A stretch of 64,000 nucleotides of DNA, from positions 8,364 to 72,363 of the forward strand of contig CAZFAM010000004.1 in the NCBI GenBank assembly GCA_964516425.1. Reading direction: 5' to 3'. The DNA comes from an uncultured Bacteroidales bacterium. GTDB taxonomy: Bacteria; Bacillota_I; Bacilli_A; ML615J-28; CAG-698. The position numbers were made by a program, and so were the translations under genes. Positions 21,101-30,412 of the stretch are shown here, in pieces. The notes under the pieces were generated by a model that was not told the origin of the DNA, searched no databases, and was given only the letters and a program-made list of their open reading frames with translations. The first letter of the stretch is position 1, and every line of letters begins with the position of its first letter.

Positions 21101-21397
21101 TGTTACTGAATCTTTAATCATAGTAAGTGTAATTGTTACTTCTTGATCTGTTTCTTGTCTTGTAACTTTTCCATCATTATCTACTACGCTAGTATTACTA
21201 GAAGAGTAAATAACTGTTACTCCATCAATAGTAGTTGGAAAAGATAAATCACTTGTTACATTATTTTCTTCTATTGTTTCCACAATTTTTGAATAAGCAT
21301 CATCGATTAACTTTTCATTTTGTTCATTATCATTAGAACAACCAACTAAACTAAGTGTTAAAACTACTAATAAAATAAAACTCCAAATTTTTTTCAT
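18101..21397 (-). CDS. Surface lipoprotein with M6 (immune inhibitor A-like) metalloprotease, two Ig-like repeats and OB-fold-like modules; start probably ATG 21397
   Basis: Lipobox LSLVGC; HETGHALGLDDYY zinc motif plus DMMD Met-turn; two SDLSFP..IDGV..YSSS..GKVTRQETDQEVTIT repeats. Confidence 0.85.
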   Translation of the reverse strand: MKKIWSFILLVVLTLSLVGCSNDNEQNEKLIDDAYSKIVETIEENNVTSDLSFPTTIDGVTVIYSSSNTSVVDNDGKVTRQETDQEVTITLTMIKDSVTVVKKITVVVLKEDAVDITQILESVFSKLFVGVDKENVTSDLSFPSTIDGVAISYSSNKQDVISNEGKVTRQETDQEVTITVTLVKDNTSINKNVSFTVKKVDKVNLTPLKNALESLLNFRVDVKVTLSGDDSDTYTITYDYDDNKIAWETSAGLKYYFVDDDDPYGLYPDGSSYFKVSYYDDEFYNYIYYEGEFDDLYFQGLDYEDFDYQDGYYVVKSNALQSVGKYVIGDYDYEDEEETTKDVFETFKVKVENDVVTEIITQSTMTIIYNGATYVYTYKYEMKFTKHDEINITLPDAEENSSSDDINEISEVYETENGLSVYTGGNVIGMLGNYVYISNGTQALTLYFDKNSEVTYSDLELGDYIEVLGIKTEYKGLVEVSTITFLTVIDEKFHQYSAVELNTIGNLTSVVSQGTVVNLNNVTVSSTYTPSGTKGDYKFTVTDGYNDLLIFIKSVNEKNFNAQLKALKEGDKISLKNFVVSWFNGVQLMAINGSEVTESAGLVLSTSVVTVELETELTDALSDLTLTFYHEGNSKEISISECTIDSKNYNKSVSGTYVISISYNESTVELKVVVKRAPVDAFKSDDALTLEKVSKQYNVSVGMPSTGNVNVLVFPLSFKNKEVPADYKTTIEKGFNGTSEETGWESLKTYYQKSSYGKLNIQATVMDAYETNDNYNANKDYDSALDLQYLHEVLEYYDSQIDYSDYDANNDGYIDCIYLVYLAPYNSTNSDSLWWAFTSKDENPTKYDNKTTDFYMFFSYEFFNEAFIYGETEKQDKYININSQTVIHETGHALGLDDYYDYDASKGPLGGIGGGDMMDYNVGDHNAYSKTILGWVTPTIVQNKNYTATLNSFGASGDAIIVAKDWDNSYFGEYYIIDFYTCDGLNAASKGTSGLFAVNGIRIYHIDSTLNSAKDSIWEMTIYDNSYTAHKLIKLIEADGRNDIESNSVYETGGYSEDSDLFQANDSIKLTWYDGSYATTIKVDAITSTNATISISFN
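20862..21263 (-). repeat. Intragenic tandem duplication, 267-bp period (two Ig-like domains)
   Basis: 35-bp identical block GTAATTGTTACTTCTTGATCTGTTTCTTGTCTTGT at 20862 and 21129; AAGATAAATCACTTGTTACA at 20974 and 21241. Confidence 0.9.
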
Positions 21398-21534
21398 TTT
21401 TCTTCCTTTCATATTAACGTAATTGATTATATCATTTTTTTATTTTATTGTCGAGATTTTTATTGTAGATTGAAATTTTTTTTAGTTTCATATAAACTAT
21501 TTTTTATCACATAATAAAAGCAATAGCATTTTAT

Positions 21535-21563
21535 TTGACATTCTTAAAAATAAATAGTAAAAT
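21535..21563 (+). promoter_or_regulatory. SigA promoter for zupT
   Basis: TTGACA (21535-21540), N17, TAAAAT (21558-21563). Confidence 0.75.
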
Positions 21564-21568
21564 TAGAG

Positions 21569-21586
21569 AGTTAGCTAACGCTAACT
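21569..21586. promoter_or_regulatory. Palindromic operator, DtxR/MntR-like box
   Basis: AGTTAG-CTAACG-CTAACT between -10 and RBS; TTAG-N6-CTAA core. Confidence 0.55.
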
Positions 21587-21602
21587 AAATGGAGGAATAA
21601 TT

Positions 21603-22379
21603 ATGACTTATATTTATTGTATTATAATTCCCTTTGTAGGAACAATATTAGGTTCATTAGGTGTATACTTTATTAAAGGTTCTATACACCAAACTATTCA
21701 AAGAGCTTTAACAGGGTTTGCAGCTGGTGTGATGGTTGCAGCATCAATATGGAGTTTATTGATTCCTGCAATTAACGAATCGGAAAACTTAGGTAAACTT
21801 TCGGTATTTCCAGCTATTGTTGGTTTTTGGATTGGTATTTTATTTTTATTATTTCTTGATAAAATAATTCCCCATTTACATCAATATAGTACGGAAGATG
21901 AAGGAACGAAAAGCAACCTTAACAAAACTACTAAAATGATATTAGCAGTTGCTTTGCATAATATTCCTGAAGGAATGGCTGTTGGTATTGTATTGGCAAG
22001 TGTTTTTTCTGGAAATAGTGCAATTTCAAATGCTTCTGCCATTGCTTTAGCAATCGGAATTGCAATTCAAAATTTTCCTGAAGGTGCAATTGTTTCAATG
22101 CCTTTATATTCTGAAGGTATAAAAAAGAATAAATCTTTTTTAGGTGGTGTAATTTCAGGTGTTGTCGAGCCAATTGCTTGTATACTAACACTTTTTATGT
22201 CGCGATTAATTATTCCAGCACTTCCTTATTTATTAAGTTTTGCGGCTGGTGCTATGATATATGTAGTTGTGGAAGAACTAATTCCGGAAATGTCAACTGG
22301 TAAACATTCAAACATTGGCACTATTTTTTTTGCCTTTGGATTTACACTAATGATGGCTCTAGATATAATTTTAGGATAA
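21603..22379 (+). CDS. zupT: ZIP family divalent metal transporter
   Basis: GFAAGVMVAASIWSLL, LHNIPEG, IQNFPEG, FAAGAMIYVVVEELIPE. Confidence 0.9.
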   Translation: MTYIYCIIIPFVGTILGSLGVYFIKGSIHQTIQRALTGFAAGVMVAASIWSLLIPAINESENLGKLSVFPAIVGFWIGILFLLFLDKIIPHLHQYSTEDEGTKSNLNKTTKMILAVALHNIPEGMAVGIVLASVFSGNSAISNASAIALAIGIAIQNFPEGAIVSMPLYSEGIKKNKSFLGGVISGVVEPIACILTLFMSRLIIPALPYLLSFAAGAMIYVVVEELIPEMSTGKHSNIGTIFFAFGFTLMMALDIILG

Positions 22380-22386
22380 TAAAAAG

Positions 22387-22418
22387 AACCAAAAGACAAA
22401 TCTGACTTTTGGTTTTTT
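22387..22418 (+). terminator. Terminator after zupT
   Basis: AACCAAAAG/CTTTTGGTT stem followed by T-run. Confidence 0.7.
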
Positions 22419-22495
22419 ATTTAGTGTGTTACATTTATGTGTGATGTATATATACCTATAAAATAACTGAAAGACCTCCATTTTTTCAATCACAT

Positions 22496-23851
22496 TTATT
22501 TAATGCTCATATACTTTTGCCATTTATTACTTACATAATATATAAAATAGACTAGTAAACACAACATCCATGAAAGTGGATATGATGAATAAATTATATA
22601 TATATTATTGCCAAGTATTGATACCATTATTAATAAATAAATTATTCTGAATAAACAGATTGTAGAACCTGTTACAAACATTGCTTCAGTTGTAGCACCA
22701 GTTGCCTTAATGAAGCCACTAAACACTTCGATAAAAGCATATATAATAGTAAATGGTGCTATACAGTACATCATTTTGACGCCGTATTCAATTGCTATTT
22801 CATCATGTTTTGTGAAAATTGATATTAAAGGTTCCCCAATAAATAAAACTATAATAGCTAAAACTAATGTAATAATTACAGAACATAGTAATGCAACTTT
22901 CATTCCCTTTTTAGCTCTATCAACATTATTAATACTAATATTTTGACTAGCAAAAGTCATTGTGGCTATTCCAAAAGCATTAGAAGGCATGTATAAAAAA
23001 CCATCAATTTTGGAATAAGCTGTTTGGCCAGCCATAACATTTGATCCACAATCATTAATAAATCCTTGAATTAATAAATTAGAAACGGCAAAAAAAGCTG
23101 ATTGCAAACCGGCAGGTATACCAAATTTTAAAATTTGTATTAATTCTTTATTATCTATTTGAACTTGTCCTATATTTAGCTTATACACATCTTTGGTAAA
23201 AATAAGTTTTAAAATTACTAAAACCATCGATATAATTTGCGAAACAACAGTTGCAATAGCTACTCCCATTACCCCCATTTTGAATAACGCTACAAAAAGA
23301 ATATCTAAAATAATATTCGTAATTCCGCCAATTGTTAGATAAATTAGAGGATTTTTACTATCACCAACGCCTTGAAGAATTCCTGCTCCCATATTATAAA
23401 CTAACATTGGAATAGTACCAATAAAATAAATACGTAAATATAAAGTTGATAAACCTAATGTATCATCAGGGCTATTTATTAACATTAATAAACCTTTTGA
23501 TGAGGCTAATCCAATAATCATTAAAATTAAACCGCCCACAAATCCAATAGCTATACTAGTATGAACACATTTACTAAGTCTATCATTATGCTTAGCCCCA
23601 AAATGTCTTGCTATTACAGCACTACATCCTGTTGCTAAACCCAAAAATAAACCAACCAATAAACTTATTATTGGAGCAGTAGTTCCAACAGCAGCAATAG
23701 CTTCCGGTCCTTCTATTGCTCCAACAACAGCACTATCAACAGTGTTATATAATTGTTGAAAAAGATTACTAATAAAAATAGGAATGGCAAATTTTATAAT
23801 TATTTTATAAATATTACCTTCAGTCATTAATAATGTGTCATTAGAGTTCAA
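22496..23851 (-). CDS. MATE family efflux transporter
   Basis: FQQLYNTVDSAVVG, GDSKNPL, NIILDILFV motifs. Confidence 0.9.
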   Translation of the reverse strand: MNSNDTLLMTEGNIYKIIIKFAIPIFISNLFQQLYNTVDSAVVGAIEGPEAIAAVGTTAPIISLLVGLFLGLATGCSAVIARHFGAKHNDRLSKCVHTSIAIGFVGGLILMIIGLASSKGLLMLINSPDDTLGLSTLYLRIYFIGTIPMLVYNMGAGILQGVGDSKNPLIYLTIGGITNIILDILFVALFKMGVMGVAIATVVSQIISMVLVILKLIFTKDVYKLNIGQVQIDNKELIQILKFGIPAGLQSAFFAVSNLLIQGFINDCGSNVMAGQTAYSKIDGFLYMPSNAFGIATMTFASQNISINNVDRAKKGMKVALLCSVIITLVLAIIVLFIGEPLISIFTKHDEIAIEYGVKMMYCIAPFTIIYAFIEVFSGFIKATGATTEAMFVTGSTICLFRIIYLLIMVSILGNNIYIIYSSYPLSWMLCLLVYFIYYVSNKWQKYMSIK

Positions 23852-23867
23852 TTTAATCAGTCCTTAA

Positions 23868-25631
23868 TTATTCATGCATTAATTTATCTAATTGATCAAC
23901 TAAATCATCTAATCTTTCTACTACTGCCATAAATGTTTCTTTCTTAGTAAAATCTACACCAGCATCACGTGCTTCATCAACTGGATATTTACTTGAACCA
24001 GCTTTTAATAAATTAATATATTTATCAAATGCACCTTCTTTTCCTTCTTTTACATCTTTATAAATTTTAAAACTAGCCGCAAAAGATGTTGCATATTGAT
24101 ATACATAGAATGGAGTATAGAATAAATGAGGAATATAAGCCCATACAAATGATTTTACTTTTTCTTTTTTAATATCTAATCCATAATATTGTTTATATAA
24201 CTTCTCCATTATACCACATAACACTTCATAATTAATTGGTTGATTGTTTTCAGCTAATGTATGTGCTTCATATTCATATTGAGCAAATAATGTTTGTCTA
24301 TAGAATGTTGCCATAATTTCATCAATTGCTTTTTGTAATAAACCAATTTTTTCTTCTTTTGTTGTATTAGCATTTTCCATAAAATAATCTAATAAAACAT
24401 GTTCATTAAATGTGGAAGCTATTTCAGCTACAAATATTGTATAATTTTGTAATACCGTAGGTTGTGATTCAGCCGAGTACATTGAATGAATTGAATGTCC
24501 TGCCTCATGAGCAACTGTGAATACATCATCTAATGTATTAGCATAATTCAATAATATGAAAGGATGCAAATTAGACATACTTGATGAATATGCTCCACTT
24601 CTTTTACCATCTTGTTCATATACATCCACAAATCCTTCACGTAAAACTTCATGTGCTTTATCTTGAAAATCTTGTGGAAATTTTTTTATAGAATCAAAGA
24701 ACAAATTCTTAGCTTCTTCATATGTATATTTTTTATTTGAATGTGCTAATTCTAAAAATCTATCATATGAATAATGATGTTTTAAGCCTAAATATTCTTT
24801 TCTTAATTTAATATATTTCTTCAATGACTTATTATTCTTTGAAGCCACATTAACTAAATTCATAAATACTGAAGTAGGAATGTTATTACCGAATAAATGA
24901 CTTTCTAATACTGAAGAATATTTTCTAGCTTGGGCATTAGCAACCCCTGTTGCTAAAACGGTATTATAAATTTCCGCAAATGTATTTTTATGTTTATCAT
25001 AATCATCAAAAATAGCTTCAAATATTTTTTTACGATCACTTGCATCACTTGATTCCGCAATCAAACCACGCCAATTACCTTGTGTTACAGTTACTTTTTC
25101 TTTATTTTTTAATTTTACAGTAGTACTAACATTATCACTAACTGCAAGAGTACTATATAATTCGCTACCCTTACTAAATAGTGTTGAATAGTAAGAAATT
25201 AATTGTTCACTATTTGCATCTAATACATGTTCATTTTCATGGAATAATTGTTCATAAATAAATCTATATTGTTTTGTTTCGTTATCACTTTCCACAAATG
25301 ATATTACTTTTTCTTTTCCTAAAGCTAAAACTTCTGGATTAACCCAAGAGGTAGCTTGATTTAACTGTGTTAAGAAATTTCTTACTTTAGTAAAATTACT
25401 TGCATTTTCCACATGCTTTTTATTTAAGTCACTTTTTAAAGAAGCATATTGATATACTCTCTCAATTTTTTCTGTAATTTTTAAATCAAGTTTTAAATAA
25501 TTAACAAAGTTTTCTTGATTGTCTAATTTTCCTTGAAACTTCGCAACTTCTTCTAAAAAGTCATTACATTCATTCAATGCTTTTTCAAAATCTTCTGGTG
25601 TTTTAAATAAATACGTTAAATCCCAATTCAT
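23868..25631 (-). CDS. pepF: Oligoendopeptidase F (M3B)
   Basis: WDLTYLF start, KRSGAYS, HEAGHSIH, VAEIASTFNE, YVYQYATS. Confidence 0.93.
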   Translation of the reverse strand: MNWDLTYLFKTPEDFEKALNECNDFLEEVAKFQGKLDNQENFVNYLKLDLKITEKIERVYQYASLKSDLNKKHVENASNFTKVRNFLTQLNQATSWVNPEVLALGKEKVISFVESDNETKQYRFIYEQLFHENEHVLDANSEQLISYYSTLFSKGSELYSTLAVSDNVSTTVKLKNKEKVTVTQGNWRGLIAESSDASDRKKIFEAIFDDYDKHKNTFAEIYNTVLATGVANAQARKYSSVLESHLFGNNIPTSVFMNLVNVASKNNKSLKKYIKLRKEYLGLKHHYSYDRFLELAHSNKKYTYEEAKNLFFDSIKKFPQDFQDKAHEVLREGFVDVYEQDGKRSGAYSSSMSNLHPFILLNYANTLDDVFTVAHEAGHSIHSMYSAESQPTVLQNYTIFVAEIASTFNEHVLLDYFMENANTTKEEKIGLLQKAIDEIMATFYRQTLFAQYEYEAHTLAENNQPINYEVLCGIMEKLYKQYYGLDIKKEKVKSFVWAYIPHLFYTPFYVYQYATSFAASFKIYKDVKEGKEGAFDKYINLLKAGSSKYPVDEARDAGVDFTKKETFMAVVERLDDLVDQLDKLMHE

Positions 25632-25679
25632 AATTACTCTCCTTTTATTAAAAGGACATATCTAATATGTCCCTCGATT

Positions 25680-26558
25680 TTATTCAAATATATTTTCTTT
25701 TAAATCATCTAAACCGATGCAAGCAACACCTAAAATGCCACATCCGATATGAGCTCCAACAGTTGGTGTAATAGTAGTTACATCTAAATGGCAACAGTTA
25801 GTAGCTTTTTCTTCTACTTCCTTTGCAATTTTATTAGCATCTTCTAATCTACCAGTATGTAAAACTAAATATAATGCTTTATTATATTGTTTTCCTTTTT
25901 CTAGTGCTAATTCTATACATCTATTTACTGCTTTAGGATGTGTTCTAACTTTTTCATAAGTTAAAATTTTTCCTTCTTTACCAAGATTTAGAATTGGTTT
26001 AATCTTTGCTAAACCTCCAATAAATCCAGAAGCACCACTTAATCGCCCATTTTTAACTAAATATTTTAAATCATCAACTACAAAATAAGCATCTGTATTA
26101 TCTCTTACTTTTGCACATTCTTCAAAAATTTGTTCAACTGTATATCCTTTTTTTGCTAAAATTGAAGCATACTTTGCTTGATATCCTTCCATTAAGCAAG
26201 CTGTATTAGAATTAAAGATATGGATATTAATACCATCAACTAAATCATCACATGACATTTGCCAATTTTTGCCATAATCACTTAATCCAAATGAAATTGG
26301 AAAGTGAATAATATCAGTGCATCCTTCTTTTTTTAATTCTTCAGCGCGTTTTGTTATTTCACCAAATGAAGGTGCTGATGTTGAAGGAACAATATCACTA
26401 GCTTTTAATTTATCATAAAAAGCATCAGCTGTAATATCAACTCCATCTAATAATTCTTCTTCTCCAAAATGAATAGTTGTACGTGTAATTCTTACATCAC
26501 TTTCAAATGGGGCGTACTCAATTCCTGAACTGCAATCTGCAGTAATTCCTATTTTCAT
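25680..26558 (-). CDS. DegV family fatty-acid binding protein
   Basis: ITADCSS, PSTSAPS, VDDLKYLVKNGRL, IKPIL, GAHIGCG. Confidence 0.9.
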   Translation of the reverse strand: MKIGITADCSSGIEYAPFESDVRITRTTIHFGEEELLDGVDITADAFYDKLKASDIVPSTSAPSFGEITKRAEELKKEGCTDIIHFPISFGLSDYGKNWQMSCDDLVDGINIHIFNSNTACLMEGYQAKYASILAKKGYTVEQIFEECAKVRDNTDAYFVVDDLKYLVKNGRLSGASGFIGGLAKIKPILNLGKEGKILTYEKVRTHPKAVNRCIELALEKGKQYNKALYLVLHTGRLEDANKIAKEVEEKATNCCHLDVTTITPTVGAHIGCGILGVACIGLDDLKENIFE

Positions 26559-26632
26559 ATAAACTCCTTATATTAATCGCAAATTTTATATTACTTATTA
26601 TACCAAATTTAAGAATTATATTCAAGAATTTT

Positions 26633-27640
26633 TTATAATAAATGAATATTGTATTTAGCAAACATTTCAATATCTTCACTAGACCACGTTGATGCTTGAA
26701 CTTCTCCAATATGTGCCTTTTTTAACATATACATACACATACGCGATTGTCCAATACCACCACCAATTGTTAAAGGGAGAACTCCATTCATTACATCTTT
26801 TACATATTGATTTGTCATTTTATATGTTTCTTCCTTATATTCTAATTGTTTTACTATTGTTTCACTATTTACGCGAATTCCCATTGAAGATATTTCTAAA
26901 GCAATTTGCAATGGTTCATACCATAGTAATATATCGCCATTTAAATTCCAATCATCATAATCAGCAGCTCTTCCATCATGACTTTTACCATCTTTTAATG
27001 GCCATCCAATTTGATATAAAAATACAGCTTGATATTTTTTTGTTATTTCATTTTCTCGTTCTTTTCTTGTTAAATTTGGATACAAGTTTTCTAACTCGGT
27101 TGTAGAAATAAAATGTATATCATTTGGTAAACCATGATTCAATTGAGGAAATTCCGTAACGATAACTTGTTCAGTATCTAATAGTGCTTGATATATTTTT
27201 TTAACTGTTAAAAATAAGTAATCAACATTACGATTTTTTTCATTTATAATCTTTTCCCAATCCCACTGGTCAACATATAATGAATGAATATTGTCCAAAT
27301 CTTCAAATGGTCTAATAGCATTCATATCTGTATACAATCCTTTATTAGAAGCAAAATTATATTTGCGTAATGCATTTCTTTTCCATTTGGCTAGTGATTG
27401 AACAACTTCTAATTCCTTATTTAATTCTATTGATTTAAAACTTACTGCTTTTTCAATTCCACTTAAATTGTCATTTAATCCTGTTATTGGATCAACAAAC
27501 AATGGAGCAGAAACGCGGATTAAATCAAGTTTTTCGGATAATTTTCTTTCGAATGTGTCTTTCACTAATTTAATTGCAACTTCTGTTTCAATTAAATCTA
27601 ATGATGGCGAATAATTTTCTATAACTATATTTCTTTTCAT
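26633..27640 (-). CDS. asnA: Aspartate--ammonia ligase
   Basis: EVVQSLAKWKR, YVDQWDWE, HDGRAADYDDW, TIGGGIGQSR. Confidence 0.95.
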   Translation of the reverse strand: MKRNIVIENYSPSLDLIETEVAIKLVKDTFERKLSEKLDLIRVSAPLFVDPITGLNDNLSGIEKAVSFKSIELNKELEVVQSLAKWKRNALRKYNFASNKGLYTDMNAIRPFEDLDNIHSLYVDQWDWEKIINEKNRNVDYLFLTVKKIYQALLDTEQVIVTEFPQLNHGLPNDIHFISTTELENLYPNLTRKERENEITKKYQAVFLYQIGWPLKDGKSHDGRAADYDDWNLNGDILLWYEPLQIALEISSMGIRVNSETIVKQLEYKEETYKMTNQYVKDVMNGVLPLTIGGGIGQSRMCMYMLKKAHIGEVQASTWSSEDIEMFAKYNIHLL

Positions 27641-27657
27641 TACATATTCCTTTTCTA

Positions 27658-28485
27658 TTAAACATTTTCATCATAATTATCTAAATAATGATGTTTTTTA
27701 CCATTTTGTTTATACGCAATTAAAGTATCTAAATTTACATTATACATACTTCTAAATATATTAACATCAATATTAGGATATATCTTTTTTAGCGATGCTA
27801 TCAATTCTTTAATTTCTAAACGCTTAGAGTCACCTACACCATTTTCCACATTTTCAGTAAAGCGACATGCACAACGAATAAAATACAAATCATTATGAGT
27901 AGCCCAATTTTTAATATCCTTTTCTTTCACATAACATAATGGTCTTATCAATTCCATACCAGGATGATTAGTGCTTTTTAATTTTGGTAACATTCCTTGA
28001 ATTTGTGAACCATATAATATAGACATTAAAAGTGTTTCCACAATATCATCAAAGTGATGTCCTAAAGCTATTTTATTGCACCCTTTGCTTTTGGCATATT
28101 CATACAAATATCCTCTTCGCATTCTTGCACATAAATAACATGCATTACTTTCAATCTTTTCCACACTATTAAAAATTTCTGTGGAAAACATTTCAATAGG
28201 GATATTCATTTCTTTCGCATTATTAATGATTAAATCATAATTTTTTTGATTATATCCTGGATTCATAACAATATATATAACATCAAAATTTGTTTTGCTG
28301 TGTCTTTTAAGTTCTTGCATGCATTTTGCTAAAAGCATAGAATCCTTACCACCACTAATACATACTGCTATTTTATCGCCATCATTAATCATTTTAAATT
28401 CTTGAATAGCTTCCACAAACTTAGCCCATATTTGTTTACGATATGTTTTTATAATACTTCGTTCAATTTCTTGATATTTTTCCAT
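27658..28485 (-). CDS. ttcA: TtcA family tRNA 2-thiocytidine biosynthesis protein; start probably ATG 28485
   Basis: PP-loop ISGGKDS, CYLC, LGHHFDD, IRPL, CACRF. Confidence 0.85.
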   Translation of the reverse strand: MEKYQEIERSIIKTYRKQIWAKFVEAIQEFKMINDGDKIAVCISGGKDSMLLAKCMQELKRHSKTNFDVIYIVMNPGYNQKNYDLIINNAKEMNIPIEMFSTEIFNSVEKIESNACYLCARMRRGYLYEYAKSKGCNKIALGHHFDDIVETLLMSILYGSQIQGMLPKLKSTNHPGMELIRPLCYVKEKDIKNWATHNDLYFIRCACRFTENVENGVGDSKRLEIKELIASLKKIYPNIDVNIFRSMYNVNLDTLIAYKQNGKKHHYLDNYDENV

Positions 28486-28486
28486 T

Positions 28487-29686
28487 CTATATTTGTTCCC
28501 ATTTTGCATAAACTTTCATTGTACTATTAACTACGCTTACTGCGTTATTATCTTCATCAAACCATCCTAAAAATAGATAACCATCTCTTGTTAAGTTAGG
28601 TAATATAACCGGATTATCCAAATCACCAGTTGTTACAAAACTATTTTCTATTACTGATGGAATAACATCTAATGCCGTCTTAACACGACTTGATCTAAAC
28701 CAACTATATTTACTATTTAATGTATTACTTGTAAAATAGAAAAATTTACATGTATCCACAAATGATGCCCAAGAACTGGCAAAAAAATCATTACCCAAAT
28801 TTTCAGGATCATTATCTCCACCTGTATATCCTTCATCAGTTCGCCAATAAGCAAAAAAGACCATTAAATGTTCTAAAAACTCAAGATACTTTCCGTTTTG
28901 ATAGCAATAGCCAATAAAATATGAATCTGGCTGTTGGCTAATTGTTGTACCTGGTTCAGAATATAAATAATATTCTGAAAAGGCATCTCCTAATCCGGCC
29001 ATCTCACTTCTATTGTTTGCATCCCACGTCTTACAATATACTAAAAATTCATCTACATTATTTATACCATAGCTTAATAAATCACATGTTGTTTTTTCAA
29101 CTAAAAAATTATAAAAATCAGTAAAGTAACTTATATATAAATCATTTTTTGTTAAAAAAGATTCATATCCCAAATCATATGTAACTGTAAATTTATGAGG
29201 TGAAAACTGAGCATATAAAATAACATCCGATGTAATTTGTGTATTAAAATCAAATAATCTACCATGCATTTTTTTTGTAGACCAACCTAAAAAATCATAT
29301 CCTTCTTTAGTTACACTTGGAACATCTGTATATATTTGTCCTTTATCAATACTAGCAATTTTCAATGCTTGATTATTATAGTAAAAGATAATATTTACTT
29401 GCTCTTTATAAAATTTAGCATATATCTCTGTATCACTTGTTATTATATAATCCTTTATAAGTGGCTTTGTATATTCCTCATCTAAATACCAACCATTAAA
29501 TTTTAAATCATCATCTTCAGGGTCAACCAATAAATCATATGCGTAAGTTCCTGATGAAACTTCTAATCTTTCAACATCATCTAATATATAAATATATACT
29601 TGATAATTTTCATTTATTGTAGTAGTACATCCAGATAATACTAACATAAATAAAAACACAATTAATAATCTACCAATTTTTTTCAT
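28487..29686 (-). CDS. Lipoprotein with InlB B-repeat (Flg_new) domains
   Basis: Lipobox LVLSGC; three F.GW / EGY.FLGW / YAKW-type repeats. Confidence 0.8.
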   Translation of the reverse strand: MKKIGRLLIVFLFMLVLSGCTTTINENYQVYIYILDDVERLEVSSGTYAYDLLVDPEDDDLKFNGWYLDEEYTKPLIKDYIITSDTEIYAKFYKEQVNIIFYYNNQALKIASIDKGQIYTDVPSVTKEGYDFLGWSTKKMHGRLFDFNTQITSDVILYAQFSPHKFTVTYDLGYESFLTKNDLYISYFTDFYNFLVEKTTCDLLSYGINNVDEFLVYCKTWDANNRSEMAGLGDAFSEYYLYSEPGTTISQQPDSYFIGYCYQNGKYLEFLEHLMVFFAYWRTDEGYTGGDNDPENLGNDFFASSWASFVDTCKFFYFTSNTLNSKYSWFRSSRVKTALDVIPSVIENSFVTTGDLDNPVILPNLTRDGYLFLGWFDEDNNAVSVVNSTMKVYAKWEQI

Positions 29687-29784
29687 AGTAAATACCTCAA
29701 TATATAATAATTATATCATACTAAACTAGTAATTTCCATTTATATTTAATAAAAAATTATCCATAATAATAAAAAGGAGTTTTT

Positions 29785-29937
29785 ATGGCTAAAAAGAAAA
29801 AGATTAAACAAAGTGTACAAGAAAATTGCGATTATTTTTATCGCGACAATGAAATGTTTAGAACATCACTAGATGATATAGAACATGAATGTGATCCTAT
29901 TTTAACTACTAAAAATATTAATAAAACCAAAAAATAA
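29785..29937 (+). CDS. Small 50-aa protein MAKKKKIKQSVQENCDYFYRDNEMFRTSLDDIEHECDPILTTKNINKTKK
   Basis: AAGGAG RBS just upstream of ATG 29785, TAA at 29935-29937, terminator immediately after; below ORF-track length cutoff. Confidence 0.7.
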   Translation: MAKKKKIKQSVQENCDYFYRDNEMFRTSLDDIEHECDPILTTKNINKTKK

Positions 29938-29965
29938 AAAGACGTTATTCAAAAAGCGTCTTTTT
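29936..29965. terminator. Bidirectional terminator between small ORF and VanZ gene
   Basis: AAAAAGACG/CGTCTTTTT stem. Confidence 0.7.
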
Positions 29966-30412
29966 ATTATTAATTATTATTAAAAATGATAAACATATAA
30001 TTGTACCACTTAAATAACCTAATGAATCTATAAGCATATCTTTAAATTCGCAACTTCTGCCATCTGCAAACAATTGTAACATTTCTGAACAAATAGCAAC
30101 CCCTATACCAATAATCATTGTCCAGTATAATGCTTTAAGGTTACGAGATGTAAAACTATAAAATGTTAACAAACCAAAAATACCACATAATAGAAACAAT
30201 CCAAAATGACCAATTACTTTTCTTACAACAAAATGCACTTCATCATAACTAACATCTATTTCATCGTTTTTGCAAAACTCAATAACTTCAATTACAGTAT
30301 CCGTTACAACTGATGATTCATTTGCGGATTGATCACCATTTTGTAATGATGCACATAAAATTATAATAATTATTGATATATATACAGTAAGATAAAAATA
30401 TTTAATTTTCAT
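29945..30412 (-). CDS. VanZ family membrane protein; start probably ATG 30412
   Basis: VRKVIGHF..F, SEMLQLF..GRSCEFKDMLIDSLG. Confidence 0.85.
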   Translation of the reverse strand: MKIKYFYLTVYISIIIIILCASLQNGDQSANESSVVTDTVIEVIEFCKNDEIDVSYDEVHFVVRKVIGHFGLFLLCGIFGLLTFYSFTSRNLKALYWTMIIGIGVAICSEMLQLFADGRSCEFKDMLIDSLGYLSGTIICLSFLIIINNKKTLFE

